Under the pieces are notes generated by a model, which was not told where the DNA came from, searched no databases, and saw only the letters and a program-made list of their open reading frames with translations. A stretch of DNA of 64,000 nt. It comes from Azolla caroliniana. Taxonomy: Eukaryota; Plantae; Polypodiophyta. Positions 25,285 through 38,100 of this stretch are shown here, piece after piece. The DNA lies in NCBI GenBank assembly GCA_043228905.1, contig JBHGNT010000015.1, positions 16,864,001-16,928,000 on the forward strand. Reading direction: 5' to 3'. The position numbers and the translations under genes were made by a program. Within the stretch, counting starts at the first letter, position 1; each line of letters begins with the position of its first letter.

Positions 25285-28200
25285 TTTTTTTTTTGGGTAA
25301 AAGCACACAATTATATTAATTGTATGTAAAATCCACTTAGTTACAAGTTACAACACTTCTTAGTCTCCTCTACCTATCATATATGCCTATAGTAGGGAGA
25401 GGGGCGTTCTGTAATGCTATTATAAAACCTGAATATGCATTTGAGGAAAATGATCCCCACGTGTGCAAAATTTGTTTTCAATGGCAATGATCCTTGCAAC
25501 AATGGTATATCTTGCAATTCCTCCCAAATAAATCCATAATTTGGGGGATATACATAACCATCGCTTGGCATCTTCAAAATCCGACGACCTTTGAGATTCA
25601 TTATCAACCAAATCTTCCAAATGTACAATCCCTAGTCGAAATAAACGATTGAATTGAGATCTCAACTTCTCTTTCCCATGCCAAAACAGCACTCGAGAAG
25701 AAAATTACAATATTCTCGATCACTTGATGGTCCCCATTCAAGAAGAGATAATGCATCTTGCCACAATCTTACCAAATGTTGTCCACATACAGAATGTCGA
25801 ATATTTAGAGGAATACTTCCATCGAGTAATGACCACCATGATGCTTGAATCTTTGTTTTCCTGTGCACCAATCCTTCATGCTCCATAAAATATTGCATAA
25901 TAGATATCCATGGTTTATCTTCTTGACGTATATCTCGTAATAATGCAAATCTATGAGCCATCAAATGTCTTTCCAAATCCAATATTGTTGCACCACCTAA
26001 CCTTTTAGGAGTAGCCAAATGGTCCCATGAAATCCATGTAACTCCCATCATTTCTCCCTTCTGCCACAACATGAACCGAATAGGTTACAACATGTTTTGT
26101 AATGCCTTCTTAGTCCAAGGTAGTAAAGGTAAAAAATATAATAACATGGGTATCAAGATACATTGCACCACTTTGAGTCGTACATGAAAGGGTCATGATT
26201 GAGACTTCTAATACATTAATTTGTCCTTCAATTCACTACCAATCCAATCAATCAATTGAACATTTGTAACATCAACAACCAATGGATAACCCAAATGTTG
26301 ATAAATTGGTCCTCGTGTAATCACTAATCTTCGCCATCCCAAACATTCCAAATCACTCTCCGTACAAAAAATAAGGCGAGACTTCCTCCAATTGATATAC
26401 AACCCTGGAACCAAAGCAAATTGATCCCAAACTTCCATACTCCTTTCAAGATTTTCTTTTGAGGCTTGTAAAAACATAAAAGAATCATCAACCAATGTTT
26501 GTGCCACCAATTGTCCACCAGAAGGAAGATGCAAACCCACAATATCACCATCAGCCGCAAGATTTGACAACATTACTAATAAAGGATGTGTAACAATAGA
26601 AAATAACAATGGGCTTAGTGGACATCCTTGCCGCACGGATCTAGTAAGAAACACTTTCGGAGTAACTCCGCCATTAAGCATCACACGGGAGATTGCATTT
26701 TTCCCTAGCAAAAAGATAAGTCGACGCATACGAGGACCAAACCCCATATTATACATCACACCTGAGAGGAAAGACCAATTAACAAGATCATATGCTTTTT
26801 CAAAATCTAATTGCGCCATAACCATTTCTTGATGTGTATGTTGAGCATAATCAGTAGCCATTTGAACATTCAAAACATTATGCAATATATTTCTACCTGT
26901 AATAAAACCCTATTGAGATGGATGAATAACTTCTTCTCTCTTCTTTCTCTCTCTCTCTCTCTCTCTCATTTTCTTCTCTTTATGTGTGAATGGACTCTTA
27001 AGCATGCCAACATACTTCTTAAAAACATCATTTGTAACACCATCCCAACTAGGGATTTTACTATTTGGAAGGTGTAACAATACCTTTTCCACCTCAGCTT
27101 CTTCAAAATCAGGATCCAATTCTTGACAAATATTTGTATTCACGACACTCCCAATCACATTATGAAACTCTTGTCGTGCTTTCAACACATCCTCATTAAT
27201 AATCAACTCTGGCCCAATCAAATTCTTAAAATGAGTAATACATAACTCATAACCTTGATTGGGTCTACAACAATGTTATCCCCTATCTTAATTTGTACCA
27301 CATTTGAACGAGCATATGGTGGTCTTAATCCTTGAAAAAACATATGAGATTGTGATTGATTGTCTATAAATCCCTCCTTTAATTGACGTAGTATTGTCTG
27401 TTGATAACTTTGACTTGACAAATTCTTCACAATGTCCTGTACTTGAACTTGAACATCCAAAAGCTCTTCATCATGTGGATTATTAATCAATAGTACATTG
27501 CATCGCGTAAGAATATATGAAAACTTATCAATCAATTTCTTACGTCTTTTAGCATTAGCCATACCATACATACGGTGAATATCATTGATGTTTTGTAGTG
27601 TTGTATCCCATGCACGCCATCCTTTTGAAATAACTTGTTCTGAAAACATGCCCAAAAATTTGTTGCATATAGACATCAAATAAGGAATGTAATAATAACG
27701 AAGAATTAAACCTCAAAGGAACTCGATCAAGCAATGTTTTGTACATATCTACCCCATGTTTATTGAACTCAAAACATATGGGAAAATGATCTAATGTCAC
27801 AACCTCTTGCATAATTAACAATTTAAGCATCTCTGGCAAAAAGGGCTCATCATGCATAACATACATTAACCTACTCCATGTTTCCATATATTGCATAGAC
27901 TGAAATGTAAACCCAACCTCATCTTAATGCAACCATTTCCGTACATCCAACTTCAAAACCTCTGATGCCAAATTGTCCCAAACTGCTTGCTCAAGAGAAT
28001 TCGTGAAGTAGATTGTGAAGCATCAACACACATATTAAAATCGCCCATTAACAAACCAACACGGCCCACTAATAACCATGGATACATTGAAGATCATAAC
28101 TCAATGCGTTGATTAGCATTATTGGGTGCATAGATTCCTACCAACCATATCAAATCCTCAAAATACTTGACTTCCATCACGAAAAAAGTCCATATGTATC

Positions 28201-28570
28201 ATTATAGACTATATGTGGACAAAACAAATCATGAATAATCATGACAATCCATGAGTAATGATGTGATAACTGTCCTGCATAATATGCAGAATATCCACAC
28301 AAATGTAGCACAGATCCTAATAAATCATGACGCTTATGTTTAACTGTACATAAAACATCCCATTCTTTATCAAATAAAGTTTTCCATAATATATATTTCT
28401 TATGAGGAGAAGATGCCCCTCGCACATTCCATGATACTACTTTCATTTAGCACCTTTAGTAAGAACTTGTTGTTTATGAGCAAGTGTATTCATGAATGTA
28501 CTAACTAATTGTTCAAGAGTTGCATAAGGATTCGTGTGTACTACATCCCCTCCAACAGTATTAGGGTTTG
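25285..28570 (-). mobile_element. Degenerate L1-clade LINE (ORF2: APE endonuclease + reverse transcriptase), with poly(A) tail
   Basis: Endonuclease start MKVVSWNVRG (28446) and LDHFPI; RT motifs LDFEKAYD, RQGCPLSPLLF, LVDD, YQHLGYP; ISWDHLATPKRLGG. Poly-T on + at 25285-25294. Frameshifts, stops and a (CT)n-associated break near 26940. 5' boundary approximate. Confidence 0.9.
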
Positions 28571-28852
28571 ATGTCTCTCTCTCTCTGTCTTTCATTCGCT
28601 TCCTCTCAAGAATCCCTCTCAACTAACTGCCTTAACCTGCCTGGTTCACACCGTATCAATAATGCATCAAACACCATATCACATTTCAATATATCAGTGT
28701 AATTACATGTCAAAATGTACCAATCCGATCGACAACCTCCTACCTCTAAACAATTGACACGACCATTTGAGCCTGTGACCCAATGTTTTTTTACTCTCTC
28801 TCATCATAATTAGCTTACCCTAGTGGTAAATCCTTTACACTACTAGCATTAC

Positions 28853-28983
28853 ATCTTGGGTTCAAAACCTAATTTTCTCACCTCTCTATTACTTCATAGA
28901 TATATCTTATTTCACTAGATGCCACTATGGAATGTAGGGGTTGAACCCATATGATCTCCTAGTCTCCATTGGGCAACCTTACC
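28853..28983 (-). repeat. Dispersed short repeat (SINE/MITE-like), copy 2
   Basis: Reverse-complement match to 3690-3826. Confidence 0.7.
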
Positions 28984-29734
28984 AAAACTTCTAAATCTAA
29001 ATCTCTCTCTCTCTCTCTCTCTCTCTACATTTGCTTCATGATGTGTTGATAGATCTATCCACTTCAAGCTCTCTCTCGTCCATTTTTATTATAAGCATGG
29101 ACTTTAGCACATATGTGCATAAATAAATGTGTGTTCACACACAAAGGTGCATGATTGACATGGATATCTTACCATACCTTGGACCAACTCGTGGTGGAGT
29201 ATGCATCTAAGATCGATGACAACTATCACTACTATTTTTTTAGTCAAGCACTTAATTTTATGCACATGGTTAGATTTGATGTAAGTAAAGGTAACATTTA
29301 TATTATGGATTAACTAGTAATTACCTAGGATGTTGCAACCTCCTTATAGCTACCGCTAGACTAGCTAACAATATGTGTTGTTCCCTACCTCTATTGTGAG
29401 ACATCAAAGCCTAAGGTGATCTCATTTGTTGATACAAATGGGCGGGTTTTCATGGGTCTTCATTGCTCTTCACAATTTCAATGTACACAAGAAATATAAT
29501 CAAGAGGTTATAATAGGTAACTCGCTATAACAAGTGGAGTCTTGTAGGGTAGTTTCATAATCATGCATGAAAAAGCTCAAAAGATGACGATTCTGGAGAA
29601 TGAAACACACAGAGAAAATGCATGTTTTGTAGATAGGCGTTTTTGTAACATCAACTAATCTATCTATCTACCAATCCATCTATCAATCAACCAATCAATC
29701 TATATAGATATAGATATAGATAGATAGATAGATA

Positions 29735-29954
29735 TGTGTCACATTTTGGCACTTGACAAGGTGCCGAGTTTGCGTGGTAGATGGATCCAAGTTAGTAGCA
29801 GAATGCAGGGGAGATAGGTTTCTTTGTAACATCGACCAATCAATCTCTCTCTCTATAATATATAGATATAGATATAGTCTATATGTGTGTGTGTGTCACA
29901 TTTCGGCGCTTGACAAGGTGCCGAGTTTGCATGGTAGATGGATCCAAGTTAGTA
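29735..29954. repeat. Duplicated ~63-bp block (period ~157 bp) among (TAGA)/(TCAA) microsatellites upstream of FKBP15
   Basis: GTGTCACATTT.GGC.CTTGACAAGGTGCCGAGTTTGC.TGGTAGATGGATCCAAGTTAGTAG at ~29736 and ~29893. Confidence 0.85.
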
Positions 29955-30206
29955 GGAGACTGGTACAAAAACAAACATACACAAAACACACACAAGGGTA
30001 TTATTGTTATATTGTAAATCATAGCCTTAGGCCCTAGACGTAATAATGATGGAGAGGGGGGGCATTTATGTAAATATCCAAAACCGCTAGAAAGAAGAAG
30101 AAACAGAGCTTCATTTCATGATGTCGACAGTGCCTCCTGTCTTGAAAGCAGATCGATCGAGTCTCCGAAGACACACGGACGCAGACTCAGACGCAGAGAG
30201 ATTGCG

Positions 30207-32802
30207 ATGGCCCCCTCTCGATCACATTTGCTCTTATCTTTCCTATGCATAATAATCTCAACAATCCTTATCTCACAAGGTACGATTGCGCGAGACAGAA
30301 AGAAAACGGAGAGGGAGAGGGAGAGGGAGAAGGAGAAGGAGATGGAGAAGGAGAAGGAGAAAGGGGAGACAAAAGGCAGAGGAGAGAGGGAGAGATCCGT
30401 TAATTGAGAAAATTTTCTTACTTGCAGGCATCTCTAAGAAGCAGGAAGGTGAAGTCAAGGAACTGCAAATCGGAGTCAAGGTAAGAAGATTGCTGTTGTT
30501 ATCTCTAGACATGTATTTGTACTTGGGATTCGGCTCATTTCATCGACAAAACCTATGTGCTTACTCTCTTCTTTGAGCTAAATTTCAGTTTAAGCCTACA
30601 ACCTGTGAAATACAAGCTCACAAAGGAGACACTGTCAAAGTGCACTATAGGGTATGTCATTTTTTTCTGAACTCTATTCCACATAAGGTAATGCATTCAT
30701 GTTGGCGAGTTGATGTATTTATAGAGGCATCATTTGTTTATTTATGTGCAAACTCACACAGACATCTCTGGGATGGTGTTTTGTCGTATTAAAGAAATTT
30801 GTTTATCTTGTTTTACATCTAGGGTACCCTTATTGATGGAACGGAATTTGATTCAAGTTACCCTAGGGGTGACCCAATTGAATTTGAACTTGGAGCTGGT
30901 CATGTTATAAAAGGTTCATATCTTAAATTGATGTATCTATGAACAATTCATCTCATATACGCTGCATGTCAGTAAATTGACCCTTCTTTATTCTTAGGTT
31001 GGGATCAAGGACTTCTTGGCATGTGTGTTGGTGAGAAAAGAAAGTTGAAAATTCCTTCTAAATTGGGATATGGTGCTCAAGGATCCCCACCTACAATTCC
31101 AGGCAAGAAAGATCAGATCTTTGTGTGGTTACTAGCTGCATAGTTCTTTAGATAATTTGAAATTTTAATTCGTAACTTAGTTTGTGATGATTTGTTAAGT
31201 TTTTGTTTTCATTGTTAGAAGGCAATGGCTCTTTTTAGAACTTAGAATGCATGCCATTAAAACAAGATGGGTTGAATTCATAGCTCAAGGAATAATAGCT
31301 TGTTTTGTGTTATAATGTTCATTCTTGTTTATTTCACTTCCACTATCAAGTTCTGTTTTTCCTCTCTTAAAAATGTATCTCCATTCATTTCTTTGTAAAA
31401 TATATTCCCCAATAAGATGTCCATTACGAAAATTAGAACTTTTGTAAATTGTGTCATACCTTATGTGCATACTGCAAATCATTATCATGAGTGAACTTCA
31501 TAGTCTGAAACATTGGAGCTGCCTTCATGGGCAACTCACCATTATTCCAAGTTTCATGTCAGTATGCTTCAAAGATGAAGTCAAGCTCTATATTTGTTCC
31601 CATGATAGTGACGTTTTGGCAATTGATGAACTCAGAAAACCAAGTTATGCGAAAAACGAAATTGATTTAATCTTCAACATATGACAGATCCTTAGCCTAC
31701 ATGTGACAATTATAAGCTGTATCAACCCAAGATAATATCTAAAGTCCTTCAATGAAGTCTCCTAGGAAGAATGGTATCTGAAATGTATCTTGTGGGGTTC
31801 ATTATAGATGTATAGACAAAAACAGTGAAAACAAAAAAGCAGAGACCCAATAAAAGAAAATGTTATTAAAAAGTTGGAAAGAATTCCAAAATAGCCTTCA
31901 GTTCATCTTTACTTCCCCAAATACCCTTGGTGAATCTTGAAAGACCATATATATTTGCTATTTGAGTAATTATATTGTCAATTTGTTGCCTTTTTCTCAA
32001 TTATATGTACAATTTGAACAAGTATATGGTCAATTTATAACATTGTCTTCTTTTAAATGTGACATGGGACATTGAGGCAAAGGTATGGGAACTCATTGGC
32101 TATGCTTTTTTGGACTTGAACAACTTTTGGAGTAGTATCACACTTTGATAGAATGTCTTGCATTCTCAGGCTTGCTTTCAACATGTTGTCAATCCAGGGC
32201 TACTTCTTTAAACACCGTCCTCTCAAAATCACAATGCACACTCTTAATTGTAGCTTTCATTGGCAAAATTCTTGAACATCGAGAGTCACCACTATATTCC
32301 ACAGATACTATGTAAAAATGTTTCACATTTTTATCCCAGATGTCCCATAGATGTTATAATCTATCTGTCATTCAGGGATCTGACCAAGGGTGTCTGGGGA
32401 AGTAATGGAATTTGAGGGGAATTTTGGAGTTTTTGTCTATGCAGAATCGGTCAAACTTGATGTCTTTTTAATTTGCAGATGCGTAACAGGGGTCCAATTT
32501 CGTAAATCTGTCATATTTTGAAAGACACCTAAGGGATCATTTTGATAATGTATAGGAACAATTAAAGTTTGGCATTTGGCTAACACAACTCTTGGAGATC
32601 ATCTCTCAATGATGAGACACAAGTTCTCTTGAATTGATTGCATTTTTTCTATTAATTTGGTTAGAAAATATCTGCGGTATTTGTGTAATGATGTAAGTCC
32701 TTTTGACATTATATTGCAGGTGGTGCAACACTCATATTTGACACTGAATTGGTTGCTGTCAATGGCAAAACAGGCAGCAATGATGCAGAGAATGAATTGT
32801 AG
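30207..32802 (+). CDS. FKBP15: ER-luminal FK506-binding peptidyl-prolyl isomerase FKBP15, 6 exons
   Basis: Exons 30207-30279, 30428-30480, 30589-30651, 30823-30913, 30998-31102, 32720-32802. Signal peptide; [74 protein letters not shown]; C-terminal ENEL* (KDEL-like). Confidence 0.95.
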
Positions 32803-34024
32803 GTTAGATGGTATTCTATTGATAACCATATGGAGGTTCATTTTTGCCCTATGTGATTCAAGTACTCAACGTGATATAACAATAACGAGATAATATCAGA
32901 ACTTTCATATGTAGTCCTTCCATGTTGCGGGAAATGAAAAGAGTGACGATTCTAATTCTTCATTCTGGATGCAAATTTTTGAACGAATGTATTGAATTTT
33001 GTGTACTGGTAGGAAATATAGAAAGCTTAAGATCTCAGCAATGATGAACAAAATATCTGGAAATTGAGAACCTTGCACAGATTTGCCCGGTGATGTAGCA
33101 GCTTGATTCTCTTTGTATGAGGAAAGGGTAGGGTATTTTTCTTTCAAAACAGGCTCTATTTTACAGTGGTCATCTATAGAAAAGAGTTTTTGTGGAGAAA
33201 TGAAAAACTCTACTGAATCAACAGGACACAGCTCAAAGCAAATCGTAAAGACCAATCAAATGTGGAGAAATAGGAAACCAAGGCTGTCCCATGACTAAAT
33301 GTTTTGTGAATGCTGTGAGATTTATCTTCATCCTTCCCATCTCTTATTAAAAGCATAGATCTCTTAGTAAGCAAGATCTAAGTAATGCTTATAAAGAGAT
33401 ATTTAGGTTTACATCCCAAATCATATTTATTAGATGAGAGATATTACTACTGCTTAGACCTATGTTTTTTAGAATTGGTATAGATTGCTTACCGTTTTGG
33501 CCAAAGCTTTTGAGAAGTGAGGTATGTTGTTTATTATTTGGGTCTATGCTTTAGAACTGACATACACTGATATACTTTTAGATCTATGCGGTAAGCCAGC
33601 TGAGTCTGATTTGTAATATGGTCTCATGCGTGTTTGGGAATAAGTACAACCTTCTTCAGGAGGAGCTTCCAGGTTTTATGTTATGTTTTGAGACGCACTG
33701 AATCATCTTTTTGTAGCTGGGGATAAAAGTACAACTATTACTTTTGACAAGATTTGATGTCTTAGAGAGGATAAGAATAGAACTATTACTTTTGACAAGA
33801 TTTGATGTTTACATTTGGATAGCTTGATGTGGTCTGGCACAAACTGTCTATAAAGATACACTTTCTATATCTCATTTACTGAACATGCACTGAACAAAAC
33901 TAGAACATCTCACATTGGAAAGCAAAGTTTGTTGCACTCTAGTGTTGAGCAGGTGCCCGCTGAAATGTGTGGAATGAATATAGTTTTTTATTAAGCAAAT
34001 TACACATGTTGATTAGTGTGAACG

Positions 34025-34265
34025 GAAATCATATAAAGAGATACAAAATAATGAGCAAGGTATAATTTGGTAAAACATCAAGGTTTATAAATACAAATGA
34101 TTGCTATATGTAGATACTAAATAATAAAGTTAACCATAGCTCATAAAGAAATCATAAGAAGATACAAAATAATAAGCAAGGTGCAATTTCTTAAAGCATC
34201 AAGGTTTTAATAAACACAAATAATTACTACATGTAGAGATATATAGTTGACAATAGCTCATAAAA
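34025..34265. repeat. Tandem duplication, ~122 bp x 2
   Basis: GAAATCATA...GATACAAAATAAT.AGCAAGGT..AATTT...CATCAAGGTTT...ATAGCTCATAAA repeated. Confidence 0.75.
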
Positions 34266-35115
34266 ATAATCTGTGTTTCAGATATATAACTTTGGTTTCA
34301 TGTTTGAAACTATTATAAATCAAAATTAGTAAATACATTGAAGCTATTCACAAATCCATTCAACTATTTTCTTTACAACTGGATATACAATTATTTTCCA
34401 GAGCTTATTATCAAATCAGTTTCAGTTAAGATGCATCATGCTCAAACAATATGATCAATGTAATCACCAAATCTACATACAAGCACACTATTTCAATAAT
34501 GTTTGGGACCACTAAAAATCAAAAGCAGTACACATTTGTTCAACTATTTTAATTGGATATACAGTTTTTGTCAAAAGCTGTAAAAATCAGCAAATACAAT
34601 GTCATTTCAAAAGATGCACAATGCTCTGGACCAGTATCATCAATGTACCCAACAATTAACCACCATTATACAGAATGCACATTTTTGGTAAAAGGATGCA
34701 AAGCTGCATCACATTCAGTTGAAAAAGCTACATGTTATTGCTACCTTCAATACAAAATGCACATTCCTTGGGGATGCAAAATTGCATCTCATTTGTAAGC
34801 AGCAAATACTTGTTCACTTTATTTCTCAAAAGAGGCTGCAAAATAATGGTTCATGAAAAAAATCATATGATTCCTATCACTTGAATAAGTGCCCATCAAG
34901 GTAGAGGTCCTCTACTCCTGAGATTCTAGTGTAGGTTCCAATAATAGATTATATTTGTCGCAAATAATCATGATTATATAGCCTACCATGGCGAGAAAAC
35001 ACCATCCACCCAAGAACATTTACATAATAATGCCTCGAAAAAAATTCTAAAAAATGATCATGCCATGCAAATAAGAAGATTGATAACTTCAACAACACGT
35101 CCTTTTGGACTTTCA

Positions 35116-38100
35116 TCAAAATACAGGTGCAGCAGTCTGAGCTTTTATCCTCGGCTTTTCCACAACCACAGCTTGTGTTGTCAAAACCATTCCAGCAACT
35201 GAAGCAGCATTTTGCAATGCACATCTTGTGACCTTTGAAGGATCAATGACACCGGCTTCCAACAAGTTTTCATACTTGTCAGTCATTGCATTGTACCCAA
35301 TCTCCCAATCACTCTCGAGGAGCTTCTCAACAACAACAGCACCTTCTGTTCCTGCATTGTTAGCTATTAATGCTGCTGGTGCCAGTAAGGCCTGCAGCAA
35401 GGAAACAAAAACAATGTAGACAATGAGGTTAACAACTTAAATAATGCCAAGCTAAGAGCCACATATTCCTTTATGTTTATTTTAAAATCTGGTTTCATGT
35501 TTTACTGAACTTTGAAGGACTACTCTCTTTATGTTCTTAAATCCTTGGATGTTCATGAATGAGAAGCATTATAAGCGCATTGACCAGCCAGAATTCTTTG
35601 TTTACAGTAAAAAGAAGTCAGCTTTTAATCTAAAGATATTTTTACTTGTAACAGTATTATAATTGTATTTTTTATCTTCAGGTGGAGGAGAGAAAATGTA
35701 GATACATATATTCTCTATATCAAATTTTAGTTCTATGCAAGACTTTATTCAATAAAGTTGGGCTAGTCAAGTCTTGTAAAAAAGAGTAGTTGCCTAGAAT
35801 CTAAAGAACATTCTTTTAAACCATTCAGTTTTAGGAAGCTAGAGTAGAAAGACATTATTCTTTTGTTAGTCACATTGATGAGTTACACTAAACAGTTCTA
35901 ATCCTTATCAAGTTTCATAGACCATTTTGGACTTCCAGAGATGTTGATATATCTTTGTAATCTTTGTCAGGCCTCAGAGGCAATTGCGGTCTTTTAGAGA
36001 CATAAATATATCTTCTATAGACCATCATGTTCTAGAGACGTTGATATATCTTTGTCAAGTTTCATAGACAATTTTGGACTTCTAGAGACGTTGATATTCT
36101 TGTAATCTTTTTCAGGCCTCACAGGCAATTATGATCTTTATCAGGTCTCAGACGCCATCATGTTCTTGTAGATCTTCATCCAAAGTGAGTGCATGTTTTT
36201 TGTAATAAAATGCTCTTCATCTAAAATTTTAAGACATTCACCTTTTGCACTATATCAGCTCCAAGTTTCTCTTCTGGATCAGTTATAGTTTCCTTGATTG
36301 CTGGTACAGTGGCCGAAAGATGAACATATGCCGCCCCACCACCAGGTACAATCCCTTCCTCAATGGCAGCAAAAGTAGCATTTTTAGCATCTTCAATTCT
36401 TAACTTTCGATCTTCTAACTCTGTCTCTGTAGCTGCTCCCACCTACAGAAGAGCTTTCAATTCATTTTTTACTTGATAATGTGTCAAATCTATTTCAATC
36501 CAGCAAATCTCTAGAAAACATGTCTACCTTTATAACAGCCACTCCACCAGATAGCTTAGCAATTCTTTCAGATAGCTTTTCCGTATCATATACGGAGTCT
36601 GTTTCTGCAAGTTCACTCTTTATTTGGGCAATTCGAGCTTGAATGTCATCTTTTGTGGCAGCATCTGCGATAATGGTAGTTGAATCCTTGGTAACAGTAA
36701 CCTTCCGGGCTATCCCTAGCTGTTCAGTAGTGCTGTCTTCAGGTTTCAATCCAAGATCACTAGCTAGAAACTCAGCACCTGTAGGATAAAATAGTCATAT
36801 TTCATATCATATCATTTTAAACCAGATAAATATTAATAAACTTCTCGACCATGTTCAACATCACAACCATGCATATGACTTCATTGTATTTTTCAACCAC
36901 ATTTAATATCATAAAACTTTCATCCATACATAACATGGGCCAAGGCTTTGTAATATTAAAGAAACTAATTAATTATATAAGTAACACTAGAAACTTTACA
37001 TACCAGAAACATTAGAAATCTTACATACCAGTAACAATAGAAAGTTTTCATACCAGTAACTCCAGCAACAAGACTTCGTAATATCAACGAAAATTTTCAC
37101 ATCAGTAACAATAGTAGAAGGGTAATATCAAAACAAAACTTATCATGAGTAACAAGAGCCCTAAAGCTAGTAAAAACAACAAAACTTTTTCACCAGTAAC
37201 ATCAGTAATAAGGATTGGTAATATCAACAGAACTTTTCAAATAGTAACAGTAGAAACAATACTTTGTAACAATATAAAAAAGCAACAAGATTTTTCATAC
37301 CAGTAACAATAGCAATGTCTTGAAGGAGTGCCTTCCGCCTCTCTCCAAATCCCGGTGCTTTCAGAGCAGCTACATTGACTATACCACGTAACTTATTAAC
37401 CACCAGAGTTGCAAGGGCTTCTCCTGATACATCCTCAGCAATAATGACAAGTGGGGCATTGATTTGTGAAATCTTCTCTAAAATGGGCAATACATCCTTA
37501 ATGGTAGTTAATTTCTGGTCTGTTACAAGAATTCTAGCATTGTCATATTCCACTGTGAGTTTCTCCTGATTCGTTACAAATTGTGGAGAGATAAAACCCC
37601 TATCAATCTACACAAAACTTCCGCATTAAGTGTGTGATATAATACATGACTCTAGATCAATGGAAAAAACATGTATACCTACCTCCATACCCTCTTCAAC
37701 TGTGACTGATGTCTCAAAAGATGATGAAGACTCTATGGAAAGTACACCATCAGGGCCAACTTTGTCGATAGCATCAGCAATCATTATGCCAATGGAATCA
37801 TCATTGCCAGCAGATATGGCAGCAACAGCTGCAAAATGATGCAAAAGACTCAGCCATACAAATTTCAAAAGTAATAGAATTACAGGTTCAATTTAAAATT
37901 TCATGCTAAATTGTGAGTTTAACGGATGAATTTTCAATTTCAGATAAAATCTTCAATTCTATATAGTTTCTCTCAATTAGCTATATATGCATAGCTTAAT
38001 TACTCATATATTTCTTGCAGTTCTAGCTGTTTCATCCTTCTCTATTGCAAATTTTTAGACCCCAAATCCAAGTTTCCTAAAGGAGTTCAAAATGGGATGG

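Noticed and set aside
29748-29765. GGCACTTGACAAGGTGCC palindrome as a Helitron 3' end
   Set aside because: No CTRR terminus at the expected distance.
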